A stretch of 64,000 nt of DNA from an uncultured archaeon (GTDB taxonomy: Archaea > Altiarchaeota > Altiarchaeia > IMC4 > SCGC-AAA252-I15). Where the stretch lies: contig CABMCB010000071.1 of the NCBI GenBank assembly GCA_902384455.1, positions 32,001 through 96,000 of the forward strand. The letters are read 5' to 3'. A model generated the notes under the pieces. It did not search any database and was not told the DNA's origin. It saw only the letters and a list, made by a program, of their open reading frames with translations. The first letter of the stretch is position 1, and each line of letters starts with the position of its first letter. Position numbers and translations under genes: made by a program. This document shows, piece after piece, positions 18,501-27,307 of the stretch.

Positions 18501-19985
18501 TTGGATTCCTCAATTTTGTTTGTTGGCTTGTTCCTTGCGGGAACCGTGGTTTTGTCTCGCATGAAGTTTGAGCGCGTTTTAGGCGTGGTTTTTCTTTTGC
18601 GGACGCGATGGGGGATAAAGTTGATCGACTCGATAGCGAAGTTGTCTCCCGGATTCTGGAAGTTCATGGCGGACGCCGGTTTGTTCCTTTCTTTCGGGGG
18701 TCTTGGAGCCGCTTACCTGCATAGGACTAAGGAGGGCTACAGGCATTTGCAGATTCTTGTTCCTGCAGTGGGAGTGTTGTCTGCAGTGTTCGCTTATCTG
18801 ACGGGGTACGTTGAGCTTGCGGTTGCGGCGCTGGTTCTTTCCGCGTTGGGCGTCGTATTCAGGAAGAGGATGGACGCAGTGTTTGCGGTCACAGTGGGGT
18901 ACTTTACTGTCGCATACCACGCGTTTTTCATGCTGCTTTTTTCGCCCCCGTCAACAATCTCAGTCCTGATTGCGTCTTTTACAGGCGTATTCGGGATGCC
19001 TGTTTTGCTTTTTGCAGGCCTGTTTTTTGGCGCATACCAGATTATGTTTAAGGCGTCCACGATGCCGGGCGTTTCGCCGCTGCTTCCCGCAACCAAAGGA
19101 GGCAATTTAGGGGTAACATTCCCCGGATACGACATATTCATTCCATGGTGGTACGCCTTAATCGCGCTGCTAACTACGCTAGTGTCGCATGAGATAGCGC
19201 ACGGAATAGTCGCCAAAGCTCACGGGGTGCGCATTAAATCAACGGGCTTGCTCACTCTTGGCGCGCTTCCTATCGGCGCGTTCGTTGAGCCCGACGAGGA
19301 GGCGTTAAAGAAGGGTTCCCACCTTACGGCAGCGCGAGTTTACGTCGCAGGCAGCTTCTCCAATCTACTGGTGTCTTTCGCGGCGCTGGGTTTGATTGCG
19401 GCGCTGGTGCTGTTCTCTTTCGTAGGATTGAAGTCTGACGGAGTACTGATTTTCTCGACTTTTGCAGGATCTCCCGCATCCTCGGTCGTCAGTTCAGGAA
19501 GCGTCCTTTACTCGCTAAACAATTACTCCATACTAAACGTTGAGGACTTTGTTTCCGCCGCCTCCACTGTGAAGCCCGGCGACAAAGTTGTTTTGAACAC
19601 GAGCGCGGGAGTAGCCCAGTTCAACGCCGCCGCAAACCCTGATAACTCAAGCAAAGGATTCCTTGGTGTGATGGTCATAGTCAATACCGCCGCGGGAAGC
19701 AGGGCACCCCAGCTTTATTCCGCAATAGGATTCGCAACCACCGCGCTTGAGTGGATTTGGTTTTTCACATTGAACATAGCGCTCGTCAACCTGCTGCCCG
19801 TCGTCCCATTCGACGGAGGATTCATATTCCCCAACTTACTAACCGCGCTGAAACTGAAGCCCGGCCAACTCAAGAAGATAACATACTGGCTCATCGCCTT
19901 GACGGCGTTAACATTCATAATCAACGCGTTACCCCTCATAAAATCATTAGGAGACGCAGTCCTCTCATTTGCGGGCTTAAACTAA
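18501..19985 (+). CDS. Site-2 protease (M50) with PDZ-like region
   Basis: HEIAH, GAFVEPD, AGSFSN, NLLPVVPFDGG. Confidence 0.93.
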   Translation: MDSSILFVGLFLAGTVVLSRMKFERVLGVVFLLRTRWGIKLIDSIAKLSPGFWKFMADAGLFLSFGGLGAAYLHRTKEGYRHLQILVPAVGVLSAVFAYLTGYVELAVAALVLSALGVVFRKRMDAVFAVTVGYFTVAYHAFFMLLFSPPSTISVLIASFTGVFGMPVLLFAGLFFGAYQIMFKASTMPGVSPLLPATKGGNLGVTFPGYDIFIPWWYALIALLTTLVSHEIAHGIVAKAHGVRIKSTGLLTLGALPIGAFVEPDEEALKKGSHLTAARVYVAGSFSNLLVSFAALGLIAALVLFSFVGLKSDGVLIFSTFAGSPASSVVSSGSVLYSLNNYSILNVEDFVSAASTVKPGDKVVLNTSAGVAQFNAAANPDNSSKGFLGVMVIVNTAAGSRAPQLYSAIGFATTALEWIWFFTLNIALVNLLPVVPFDGGFIFPNLLTALKLKPGQLKKITYWLIALTALTFIINALPLIKSLGDAVLSFAGLN

Positions 19986-21647
19986 TTTCTTACCCATGTA
20001 CGGGCCTGCGCGCTCATAACCCAGCTTCCTGTAGTAATCGCGCGTGCCCGCCGCGCTAATCACAATCATCCGGTCGAAACCGAATTCCTCGCGCGCTATT
20101 CGTTCCACCTCAGCAAGAAGCTCGCGGCCCAGGCCCCTATGCTGCCATTCCTCAAGAGGCTTCTCGCCTACTTCCACCATCGGCCCATACACGTGCAGTT
20201 CCCTTATCAGGCCGGTGTTTTTGGTTATTTCAGGGCGGGTTGGATTGTGGGGCGCCCTAAGGCGTATGAACGCGAACAAAGCGTCGTATTTCTCATTCTC
20301 AAACGAAAGGAACACTTCCTTCCCTTCAGAGGCCTCATAGTCCGTACGCTTTATCTTCAATTCCTCCGGCTTGACTTTGGCGTCCGGCGGGAGCTTATGG
20401 TACACTTCCCTGCACCTTATGCACTTGCATTGAATTCCTCTTTCATGCATGTACTCTGAAACAAGCTGGCCGAGGTTGCTGTTTTTGATTCCCGCGGCTA
20501 TGTCTGTGACGGGAATGTCTCGGTTGATGCGCATCGTCCTAACCCACGTCGGAAGAATCCTTTTGATTTCAGCAATAAGCGGAACCGCTGTTTCGGTGTC
20601 ATAAGGCGTGTACTCCCCGCTCTTCCAGCGCTCATAATACTGCGTGTGCTTCATCACGAGAAGAGGATAAATCTTAATGTGGTCCGGGCGGAACCGCGAA
20701 TCCTCAAAGACGGTTTTGGCGGCCCAGACGTCGTAAACAGGGTTTACTCCGTTCAACCCCGGCATCATGTGGTAAGCCACCTTGTATGCGGCGTCCTTCA
20801 ACTGCTGCGTAGAATCGACGACGTCTTGGACAGTATGCCCCCTGTTCACTTTCTTATACAATTCGTCGTCGGGCGCCTGCACTCCCATCTCAACGCGCGT
20901 CACCCCGAAACGCAATAAGTCGTCAATTACCTTCCCCTTCGCATACTCCGGCTTAGGCTCAAAATCAAGGCCCACACAGCGCACGGCGGCTTTCTCGTTG
21001 GCCTCCTTAAGATACTCTATGTTTGCGCCTTTAGCGACGTAAGGATTATTGAAGTATTCTTCAACGTACTTTTCGCAGTCCTCTCCCATGAACTTCTTTT
21101 TGTTTCTGCCGTAGTCATTTAATGCCGCATAAATGCTCGAAACGACCTCCTCCTGAAACTCCATCGGCTGCGCGGTAAGAGTGCCACCCTGCACAACAAC
21201 CTCGACCTTATCCACAGGATGCCCTATCGTCTCCAACTGAGCAAGCCGCATAGTCACAATCAAATAAGGGTCGTATCCGTAGCGTATGGCGCGCAAAGTA
21301 CTCGGCTCCTTGCCGCTATAACTCTGAGGAACACCAAAAGCAACCCCGCCGGGGCAATAAGCGCAACGGCCGTGCGGACAGGCAGTCGGCCTGGTCATAA
21401 CCGCCACCACAGCAACCCCAGAAGCGGTCCGAGTAGGCTTCTTCTTCAGCAAAGAAAGAACAACCTTACGCTGCTGGGGAGTTGCCAGCCGAAGTATGTC
21501 GCTGTTTCTGGGAAACACGCCCGAACCCTCACTCTCCGCAGCACGCCTCTTAGCCTCATCAAGCTCATGGTAAGACGTGATGCGGCCTTTGACTATGTCT
21601 TCGAGTATGCCGGCGAGGCGTTTTTCGGAGACGGGTTCGTTAGCCAT
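19977..21647 (-). CDS. elp3: tRNA uridine(34) acetyltransferase Elp3 (radical SAM + KAT)
   Basis: CPHGRCAYCPGG, QGGT, IRELHVYG, WQHRGLG, YYRKLGY. Confidence 0.96.
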   Translation of the reverse strand: MANEPVSEKRLAGILEDIVKGRITSYHELDEAKRRAAESEGSGVFPRNSDILRLATPQQRKVVLSLLKKKPTRTASGVAVVAVMTRPTACPHGRCAYCPGGVAFGVPQSYSGKEPSTLRAIRYGYDPYLIVTMRLAQLETIGHPVDKVEVVVQGGTLTAQPMEFQEEVVSSIYAALNDYGRNKKKFMGEDCEKYVEEYFNNPYVAKGANIEYLKEANEKAAVRCVGLDFEPKPEYAKGKVIDDLLRFGVTRVEMGVQAPDDELYKKVNRGHTVQDVVDSTQQLKDAAYKVAYHMMPGLNGVNPVYDVWAAKTVFEDSRFRPDHIKIYPLLVMKHTQYYERWKSGEYTPYDTETAVPLIAEIKRILPTWVRTMRINRDIPVTDIAAGIKNSNLGQLVSEYMHERGIQCKCIRCREVYHKLPPDAKVKPEELKIKRTDYEASEGKEVFLSFENEKYDALFAFIRLRAPHNPTRPEITKNTGLIRELHVYGPMVEVGEKPLEEWQHRGLGRELLAEVERIAREEFGFDRMIVISAAGTRDYYRKLGYERAGPYMGKKLV

Positions 21648-21690
21648 ACGGTATCAATTGCGTAGGTGTGAGGAAAAAGAAGGAGAGGGT

Positions 21691-21807
21691 GGTTGACAGC
21701 GCTCTGAGCTTCCCACTCGTTGAGCAGTACAACTCGATTCGCAAGGAGGCTTAACTTCTGCGTTCGGAATGAGAGCAGGTGTTTCTCTCCCGCTATGACC
21801 GTCAACC
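21691..21807 (-). rRNA. rrf: 5S rRNA (stand-alone)
   Basis: GGTTGACGG...CTGTCAACC terminal helix; CATAGCGG, ACACCTG, CATTCCGAAC.CAGAAGTTAAGC, GTACTG, TGGGAA. Confidence 0.93.
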
Positions 21808-21842
21808 AAGACTAATATACGCAGGATGCCTATTTAAACGCT

Positions 21843-22580
21843 GTGGAAGTGCCGGACGACCACCCGCGGAAGGCTTCATTAGAAGTTCGCCATCTTCTTA
21901 CCGATGGATTTAAGGCCGGTTTGGTTGCCGAAGCGGGTTTGATTGCTCATGGGCGCGGCGAGGCGTTCGATTACCTGCTTGGCGAGAGGACTCATCCGTT
22001 TGCCGACCGCGCCTGCCGTGCGGCTGCGGCGCTTCTGGTTTTGGCGAAGAATCCCGTGTTCTCAGTGAACGGCAACGTCGCCGCATTATGCCCAAAAGAA
22101 GTGGTTGCGCTATCTGAGGCAGCTGACGCGGAGATTGAAGTTAACCTTTTTTATAGGACGCGGGAGCGGGAGGAAGCGATAGCCAAAAAACTCACGGACA
22201 GCGGGGCGAAAAATGTCTACGGAATAGGCGCATCAACCCGCCTTTTAGGACTTTCCAGTCCCCGCGCACTAATAGACAAAGCGCTTAAAAACGCGGACGT
22301 AGTCATAGTGCCTCTTGAAGACGGAGACAGAACGGAAGCACTAAGGAAAGCTGGAAAAAAAGTGATTGCCATAGACCTGAATCCCCTCTCACGGACGGCG
22401 CAGACTGCCGACGTAACCATAGTGGACAACGTAGTCCGCTGTATGCCCCTGATGGTCCGGCACGCCAAGGCGCTTCACGGAAAGACAGACGAAGCCGACA
22501 AAATCATCCGCTCATACGACAACAAAAAGACGCTTATAGAAGCGGAAACGACAATCAGGAAAGGCGCAAGACCGGCCTAA
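21843..22580 (+). CDS. Archaeal 4-phosphopantoate--beta-alanine ligase (phosphopantothenate synthetase)
   Basis: HPR..SL..R, GLIAHGRGEAFDYLLGE, SVNGN, VPLEDGDR, IDLNPLSRT. Confidence 0.95.
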   Translation: MEVPDDHPRKASLEVRHLLTDGFKAGLVAEAGLIAHGRGEAFDYLLGERTHPFADRACRAAAALLVLAKNPVFSVNGNVAALCPKEVVALSEAADAEIEVNLFYRTREREEAIAKKLTDSGAKNVYGIGASTRLLGLSSPRALIDKALKNADVVIVPLEDGDRTEALRKAGKKVIAIDLNPLSRTAQTADVTIVDNVVRCMPLMVRHAKALHGKTDEADKIIRSYDNKKTLIEAETTIRKGARPA

Positions 22581-22603
22581 TCTGCCCGAACCTCTCGCTT
22601 AAG

Positions 22604-23362
22604 CTACTTGTAGGAATCAAGCATCTCCTCTTCGGTGAAGTGGAGTTTGCCGGGAATAATAAGGCAGTGAGGCGGCTGCCCGAAGTCGAATTTCAGCAAA
22701 TCCTTAAGCGTCCCCGCCTTAATCACCGCGTCGTCAGAACCCAGCCGGGCGATGCCCACGACCAAAGAATCCGGACCACAAACCCCCTTCCTCTCCTCCG
22801 ACTCAAACTCCGAAAGTAAACTCAACCCCTCCGTAACAGTCATATAACGCCCTTCATCCGCCTTAACGTCCAACAACACTAGCGTATGCAAACCAGCCTC
22901 TTTGTTATCCGCGATCACCAAGTAAGGGCTCTTCGGCCTATAACTGCCTTCAGGGTAAGCAAGAGTCGTAGTGCGCCCCATCTTGTACAGATGCAGGCCG
23001 CATTCCGCGACAGCGGAAAAAATGCTGCTTGCGTGCACAATCCTCACCTGAATGCCGCGTTTCCTAGCCTGAGCAACCAAATGCAAGTGGGTCGTTGCGG
23101 CAAGAGGGTCGCCGGGAACGCAGACGGCCACATCCCACCCCGTCGCCTCCTCAATAATCTTCTGTGCCCCCTCCTCAAGGCCGCTTCTTGGAAGCAATAT
23201 AATCTCCTTCTCGCACCAGCCTTCCAGCGTCTTCAAGCTGCCTCCCCACAGGTTGGTGTACATTTCCGCGTAGATGACGTGGGCGCGGTTAAGCGCGTCC
23301 AAACCGCCTACAGTAATGTCCCTCTCGTTAAACAAACCCAAGCCGACGAGAATGAGCGCCAT
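22604..23362 (-). CDS. dph5: Diphthine synthase
   Basis: LVGLGL..E.DIT, GDPLAATTH, GLHLYKMG, GLHTLVLLD, PPHCLIIPG.LH. Confidence 0.96.
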   Translation of the reverse strand: MALILVGLGLFNERDITVGGLDALNRAHVIYAEMYTNLWGGSLKTLEGWCEKEIILLPRSGLEEGAQKIIEEATGWDVAVCVPGDPLAATTHLHLVAQARKRGIQVRIVHASSIFSAVAECGLHLYKMGRTTTLAYPEGSYRPKSPYLVIADNKEAGLHTLVLLDVKADEGRYMTVTEGLSLLSEFESEERKGVCGPDSLVVGIARLGSDDAVIKAGTLKDLLKFDFGQPPHCLIIPGKLHFTEEEMLDSYK

Positions 23363-23529
23363 CAGGAATCGGCCTCCTTATCCAGCGTGTCAAATATAAA
23401 GTACCCTAAGTAGGCGGCGCATAAAATGCCGACCCACAAACCCAACATGTCTTCGCGGATGATATGGACTCCTACCACGACGCCTACCGCCCAAAACCCG
23501 GCAGCACCAACTGCAGTAGCCCTGTCCAT
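23362..23529 (-). CDS. Small 2-TM membrane protein (55 aa)
   Basis: MDRATAVGAAGFWAVGVVVGVHIIREDMLGLWVGILCAAYLGYFIFDTLDKEADS; stop overlaps the dph5 ATG. Confidence 0.6.
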   Translation of the reverse strand: MDRATAVGAAGFWAVGVVVGVHIIREDMLGLWVGILCAAYLGYFIFDTLDKEADS

Positions 23530-23569
23530 ACAGTAAAACAGTTATAACCCTTTTAAGGTAAAAACTGAT

Positions 23570-26254
23570 TCAGTGAATGTTCCCCTTAAGCCACCCAATC
23601 AAGGCGTCAGCCGCCTTAAGCGTGTCCGTGGCCTTGTATCCTGCCACAACAAGAGTGTTGTTGCCTTCAAGGTGAACCACGTAGTTTTCGGAGCTGGCGA
23701 GTATGCTTCCCGCCGATATTGTAGTGAGGTTGTTCACGGAAGGTCCTCCAACCAAAATAAGGTTCTTGTCGGGGTTGGCTTCCTGCGGGGTGACGACCAG
23801 GTTGCCTGTGATCGGAGAGATTACGTGGGTGATTCGGAGGACTTCGCCGCCGACTGTTATGTTGTAGAGCACGACGTTCAGGTTGCAGCATCCTACCGTC
23901 TTGTTAGTGCCTTCGTCCGCCTTTGTTATCTCCGTGTCTACTGCGGTTGATTGTTCCCCCAAACCCAAAAATACTGTGGGGTAAACGTGTTTTGTCGGAT
24001 GGCATAGCGTCACCTCCTCCAGCATCCGCTTGTCGCCGTATGTGGCAGTAAGCCGGTCTCCGCCGGCTGGTAGATACAGCACGGTGTCTCGAGGATTGTT
24101 CAAAGTGGCTCTGACATCCGCAGAATAAACAGGCGAAGAGGAAGATACGCGGTGGGTGGTCGCCTTCACGCTTTGAGCATAAAACCTGTCGTCGGTGCTC
24201 CCGTTGAAATCGCGGTCATACAAATCCACAACATAAAACTCCTCCTCGTCATTCTCGAAAACAAAAAGGACGTCGTTAAGGTTAGGGCTGTGAAGCCCGA
24301 CTGGCTCAGCATTAAGGTCGGCCGAACCGTTCTCAGCGACAGCCCAAAAATACAGCCGGTTGCTGTATCCGTCGAAGTCGTCAAACCTACCAATCTGCAG
24401 CGGATTAGGCGCAACCGTCGTATTGCTGAAATAAATACGCCTATCCTGATCGTACAGAAGAGGCAGGCCCTTGTATGTGCCGAAGAAAACGGATGTGTAC
24501 TCAGGGTCGTCGTCCGGAGTGATCTCAAACGACTCGTCGTTGCTTTCGCCGTCATCAAAGCTGTAAGTCGTCACGTTAAACTTAGTGCTGTTGTACGGTT
24601 CAAGGTTTATGCGGTCGACGTTGCCTGTGAGAACGTTCCTCAATGAAACCTCCATCCTCCTGGGGTTCGTCAACTCCTCCGCATCAACGTACTCCATTAT
24701 CCCGCCCTGCACCATGAGCAATTCCCCCTTCTCAAAAGGTCCGCCGTCAAGCCGCAAAGCATACCTGTTGCCGTCGTCCGCCTGGAATGCGAGCACAGGA
24801 GAGTAACTGCCGTCCTTAGTCAAAATGATGCTGCCGTTAACTCCGCCCCCGCCACTGCACACCGGAACAGCAAAATCCCTGGTCCGGTACCCGTCGAAAG
24901 TGAACAAATACCTCTGAGGGAAAAACAGGCTCTCGTTCTCCCTAAGAGTAACATCCCTGACGTAAGTGACAGTAACATTATGAAGTATAGTGCCGTTCTT
25001 CCCGACATACTCCCGGGTATCCAAAGTATTCCTGAAACCACTAGCATCAGAAGTCTCAGTTGCGAACTGAACACGCCAACCCGCCCGCGAAGAATTCCCC
25101 ACCACAACATCAGACCCATCCTTCAAAACCACCCCCTGAGAGTTATCATAAACCACAGCCTTCGCAGTAACAACGCCATCAGCCTCCTCAGCGTAAATCC
25201 CCGCTATCTCCAGGTTGTCAACCACCCCATTGTTCAAGCGCGTAATCCTCACCGGCACAATCTTCCCGTCAGGCGTCTCAACGTCAAGAATCACCCCCGC
25301 AGGCTTATACTCCCCCGCAAAAAGTATGCTGTCCACCTTAAACTTGTAGCCCAAGAAACTGCTGGTGAAACCTTCGCTGCTGATACCCTCCAAAACCTTC
25401 CCCTTAGCAAGATGAATCTCATTAAGGCCCGCAACATCCTTCACGTAGTATTCTTCCCCGAACAGGAGGAATTTGCCTCTATACTCATAGTCGATGGGCG
25501 CGTCCGACTCCCCTACCCGAGAAAGCGGCAATTCACCTGTTTTCACGGCATAAACAAAGGACTTGCCGTCCACATCCAACTGGAGCCTCTCAAGGTCGTC
25601 GCTGCTTAAGCCGTTCTCAAGCCACTGCAATCCGCTGTAATCCGCCCTAATACTTTCCTCAAAAGTATGCATCGGGTTCTGAAGGGTATCCGAGCAGAAT
25701 CCCTGGCAAAAAAGCCAGTGAATATTCCCGTAATCCTCCTGCCTGAGCACCGAGACATCACTGTGCTCCAGATTACACGCCAGATTATACATCAAAAAAC
25801 CGTCTTTCCCATAAACAAAAGTGCCGTTCAAAAAAGCAAGCCCCACATGCCGCTCATAAAAATCAGCCACACCATTCGCTTTACCATCCTCATCCAACAA
25901 AGCAACCCCCGGCGTAACCTCGCGTTCACCCTGAACATACTTCCCCGTAGCCCCCGCAATAGGCGAAGAAAGAAGAAGCCGCTTAGTCTCCACAACAACA
26001 CCCCCCGAATCATTCTCCTTACGGACCGTATAAGCAAGATTACCCAAAGCCGCCGCAATATTTCCCGCCGCCACAGCATCACTAGAAGCCGCCTGATCAC
26101 CCACAACAATCTGGGCTATAGGCGAATAATCACTGTCAAAAAAGAAACTGCGGTCAAGCCCCCTAGAATCCAACCCACCCATCGCCCACCCGCTAAGCAG
26201 AACAAACACCGCCAACGCAGCCGAACCTAACGTAAAGGCATTCTTCGCCGTCAT
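23570..26254 (-). CDS. S-layer family protein
   Basis: Signal peptide; IVVGDQAASSDAVAAGNIAAALG N-domain and NLILVGGPSVN...LVVAGYKATDT C-domain typical of archaeal S-layer proteins. Confidence 0.85.
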   Translation of the reverse strand: MTAKNAFTLGSAALAVFVLLSGWAMGGLDSRGLDRSFFFDSDYSPIAQIVVGDQAASSDAVAAGNIAAALGNLAYTVRKENDSGGVVVETKRLLLSSPIAGATGKYVQGEREVTPGVALLDEDGKANGVADFYERHVGLAFLNGTFVYGKDGFLMYNLACNLEHSDVSVLRQEDYGNIHWLFCQGFCSDTLQNPMHTFEESIRADYSGLQWLENGLSSDDLERLQLDVDGKSFVYAVKTGELPLSRVGESDAPIDYEYRGKFLLFGEEYYVKDVAGLNEIHLAKGKVLEGISSEGFTSSFLGYKFKVDSILFAGEYKPAGVILDVETPDGKIVPVRITRLNNGVVDNLEIAGIYAEEADGVVTAKAVVYDNSQGVVLKDGSDVVVGNSSRAGWRVQFATETSDASGFRNTLDTREYVGKNGTILHNVTVTYVRDVTLRENESLFFPQRYLFTFDGYRTRDFAVPVCSGGGGVNGSIILTKDGSYSPVLAFQADDGNRYALRLDGGPFEKGELLMVQGGIMEYVDAEELTNPRRMEVSLRNVLTGNVDRINLEPYNSTKFNVTTYSFDDGESNDESFEITPDDDPEYTSVFFGTYKGLPLLYDQDRRIYFSNTTVAPNPLQIGRFDDFDGYSNRLYFWAVAENGSADLNAEPVGLHSPNLNDVLFVFENDEEEFYVVDLYDRDFNGSTDDRFYAQSVKATTHRVSSSSPVYSADVRATLNNPRDTVLYLPAGGDRLTATYGDKRMLEEVTLCHPTKHVYPTVFLGLGEQSTAVDTEITKADEGTNKTVGCCNLNVVLYNITVGGEVLRITHVISPITGNLVVTPQEANPDKNLILVGGPSVNNLTTISAGSILASSENYVVHLEGNNTLVVAGYKATDTLKAADALIGWLKGNIH

Positions 26255-26418
26255 ATCCTCATCCTACAGCACACCAACCCAAGCCGCAAGAACCCCCCAA
26301 ACCCCAATAATCCATAAGATACCGGGGATTAAAAGGGCACTACAGCCGGCAAAAACCCGCTTAATCCACTTCCCCCCACTCTAAAACTGTCAAGAAACAA
26401 AAATACTTTGGTGCTAAG

Positions 26419-26500
26419 CGGGCTCGCTGGGACGCTCAAAATCGCCCTGCGATTTTGGCGCGCCGGAAACCTTCGGGTTTCCGAGCGTTCGAACCCAAGT
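26419..26500 (-). repeat. Duplicate of tRNA-Arg(UCG) 3' end interrupted by a 55-nt structured insert
   Basis: cgggctcgctggga[26433-26487]ttcgaaccca matches 27039-27062. Confidence 0.8.
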
Positions 26501-26531
26501 TCAAGCGTCCACTAAACCGATGACGTGTAGA

Positions 26532-26936
26532 CTAAGTCTTTCTTAATGACTTTTTTATAAACGCGGATGCTATGCGCAACGACTGGAGTCTATTTCGCTG
26601 CAAAGTATGTTGAGAAGTTCCTGGCGAGAATTTTGCTTGAGATTTTTCGGCCTTACTTATCATCGAAGCAAATGCGCGGAGGGCTTCCTGTAAATCGTCC
26701 CGCGTGAAGTTATCCATATCATCGGTTTCCTTGTTCATTAGCGCACATGCAATGTGTAACGCTTTGAGGTTGTTTCGCAGCATCGAATGTTGCCACGTTC
26801 CTGGAGCCAGTTTCTGCTGTGCTTTTTCAGACTTTCTGATTAGTGAAGCTATCGGTCGAAGTGCTTTCTGAAAATCGTCTGCTGTGAGGTTATCTGTAGA
26901 TTGGATGGCCTCGTCTACAGTTTTTTCTTTTTTCAT
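26532..26936 (-). CDS. Hypothetical protein made of two ~60-aa tandem repeats (tRNA-Arg islet)
   Basis: DDFQKALRPIASLIRKSEKAQQKLAPGTWQHSMLRNNLKALHIA versus DDLQEALRAFASMISKAEKSQAKFSPGTSQHTLQRNRLQSLRIA. Confidence 0.75.
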   Translation of the reverse strand: MKKEKTVDEAIQSTDNLTADDFQKALRPIASLIRKSEKAQQKLAPGTWQHSMLRNNLKALHIACALMNKETDDMDNFTRDDLQEALRAFASMISKAEKSQAKFSPGTSQHTLQRNRLQSLRIASAFIKKSLRKT

Positions 26937-27038
26937 GGTTTTGGGCGAAAATTCTTGACAAAAAAATTCAATTTTACGCCTAAAATCAGCTGGCAAGCCC
27001 CCATAGAGGGCGAGCCAAACCGTTCTTTTCCTAACTGA

Positions 27039-27134
27039 CGGGCTCGCTGGGATTCGAACCCAGGTCCCGGGGTTTCTCTAAGCATTGTTGGCTTTCCGAA
27101 GCCCCGTAGGATATCCAAGCTACCCCACGAGCCC
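27039..27134 (-). tRNA. trnR: tRNA-Arg(UCG) with 22-nt intron at 37/38 (27074-27095)
   Basis: GGGCTCG/CGAGCCC acceptor stem; CGGGG-CT-TCG-G|intron|A-CCCCG; GGTTCGAATCC. Confidence 0.93.
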
Positions 27135-27147
27135 TTTATGCGTCTTT

Positions 27148-27200
27148 TTCTTTCTTTGAACCCGAGGGCCTTTCTTTCTTCCTAAGAAAGAAAGGGGCTC
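27148..27200 (-). repeat. tRNA-associated hairpin repeat, copy A
   Basis: GAGCCCCTTTCTTTCTTAGGAAGAAAGAAAG...CAAAGAAAGAA, near-identical to 52492-52542. Confidence 0.8.
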
Positions 27201-27223
27201 TATTCAAGCTACCCCACGAGCCC
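27201..27223 (-). repeat. Duplicate of tRNA-Arg(UCG) 5' end (23 nt, 1 mismatch)
   Basis: GGGCTCGTGGGGTAGCTTGAATA versus GGGCTCGTGGGGTAGCTTGGATA. Confidence 0.8.
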
Positions 27224-27307
27224 TTGACGTCTGATTACGAACTCAAGGATAATACTTTGGGGTGGCGGGCGTTATTAAGCATCCAGACGCCAGCCCTCTT
27301 TCCTGTC

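Noticed and set aside
26264-26380. Hydrophobic reading frame upstream of the S-layer gene
   Set aside because: No in-frame start codon after the upstream stop; likely a product of G/T skew.
26419-27223. Split or permuted tRNA-Arg from the 5' and 3' fragments
   Set aside because: The fragments lack the anticodon arm and complementary leader/trailer sequences, and an intact gene lies between them.
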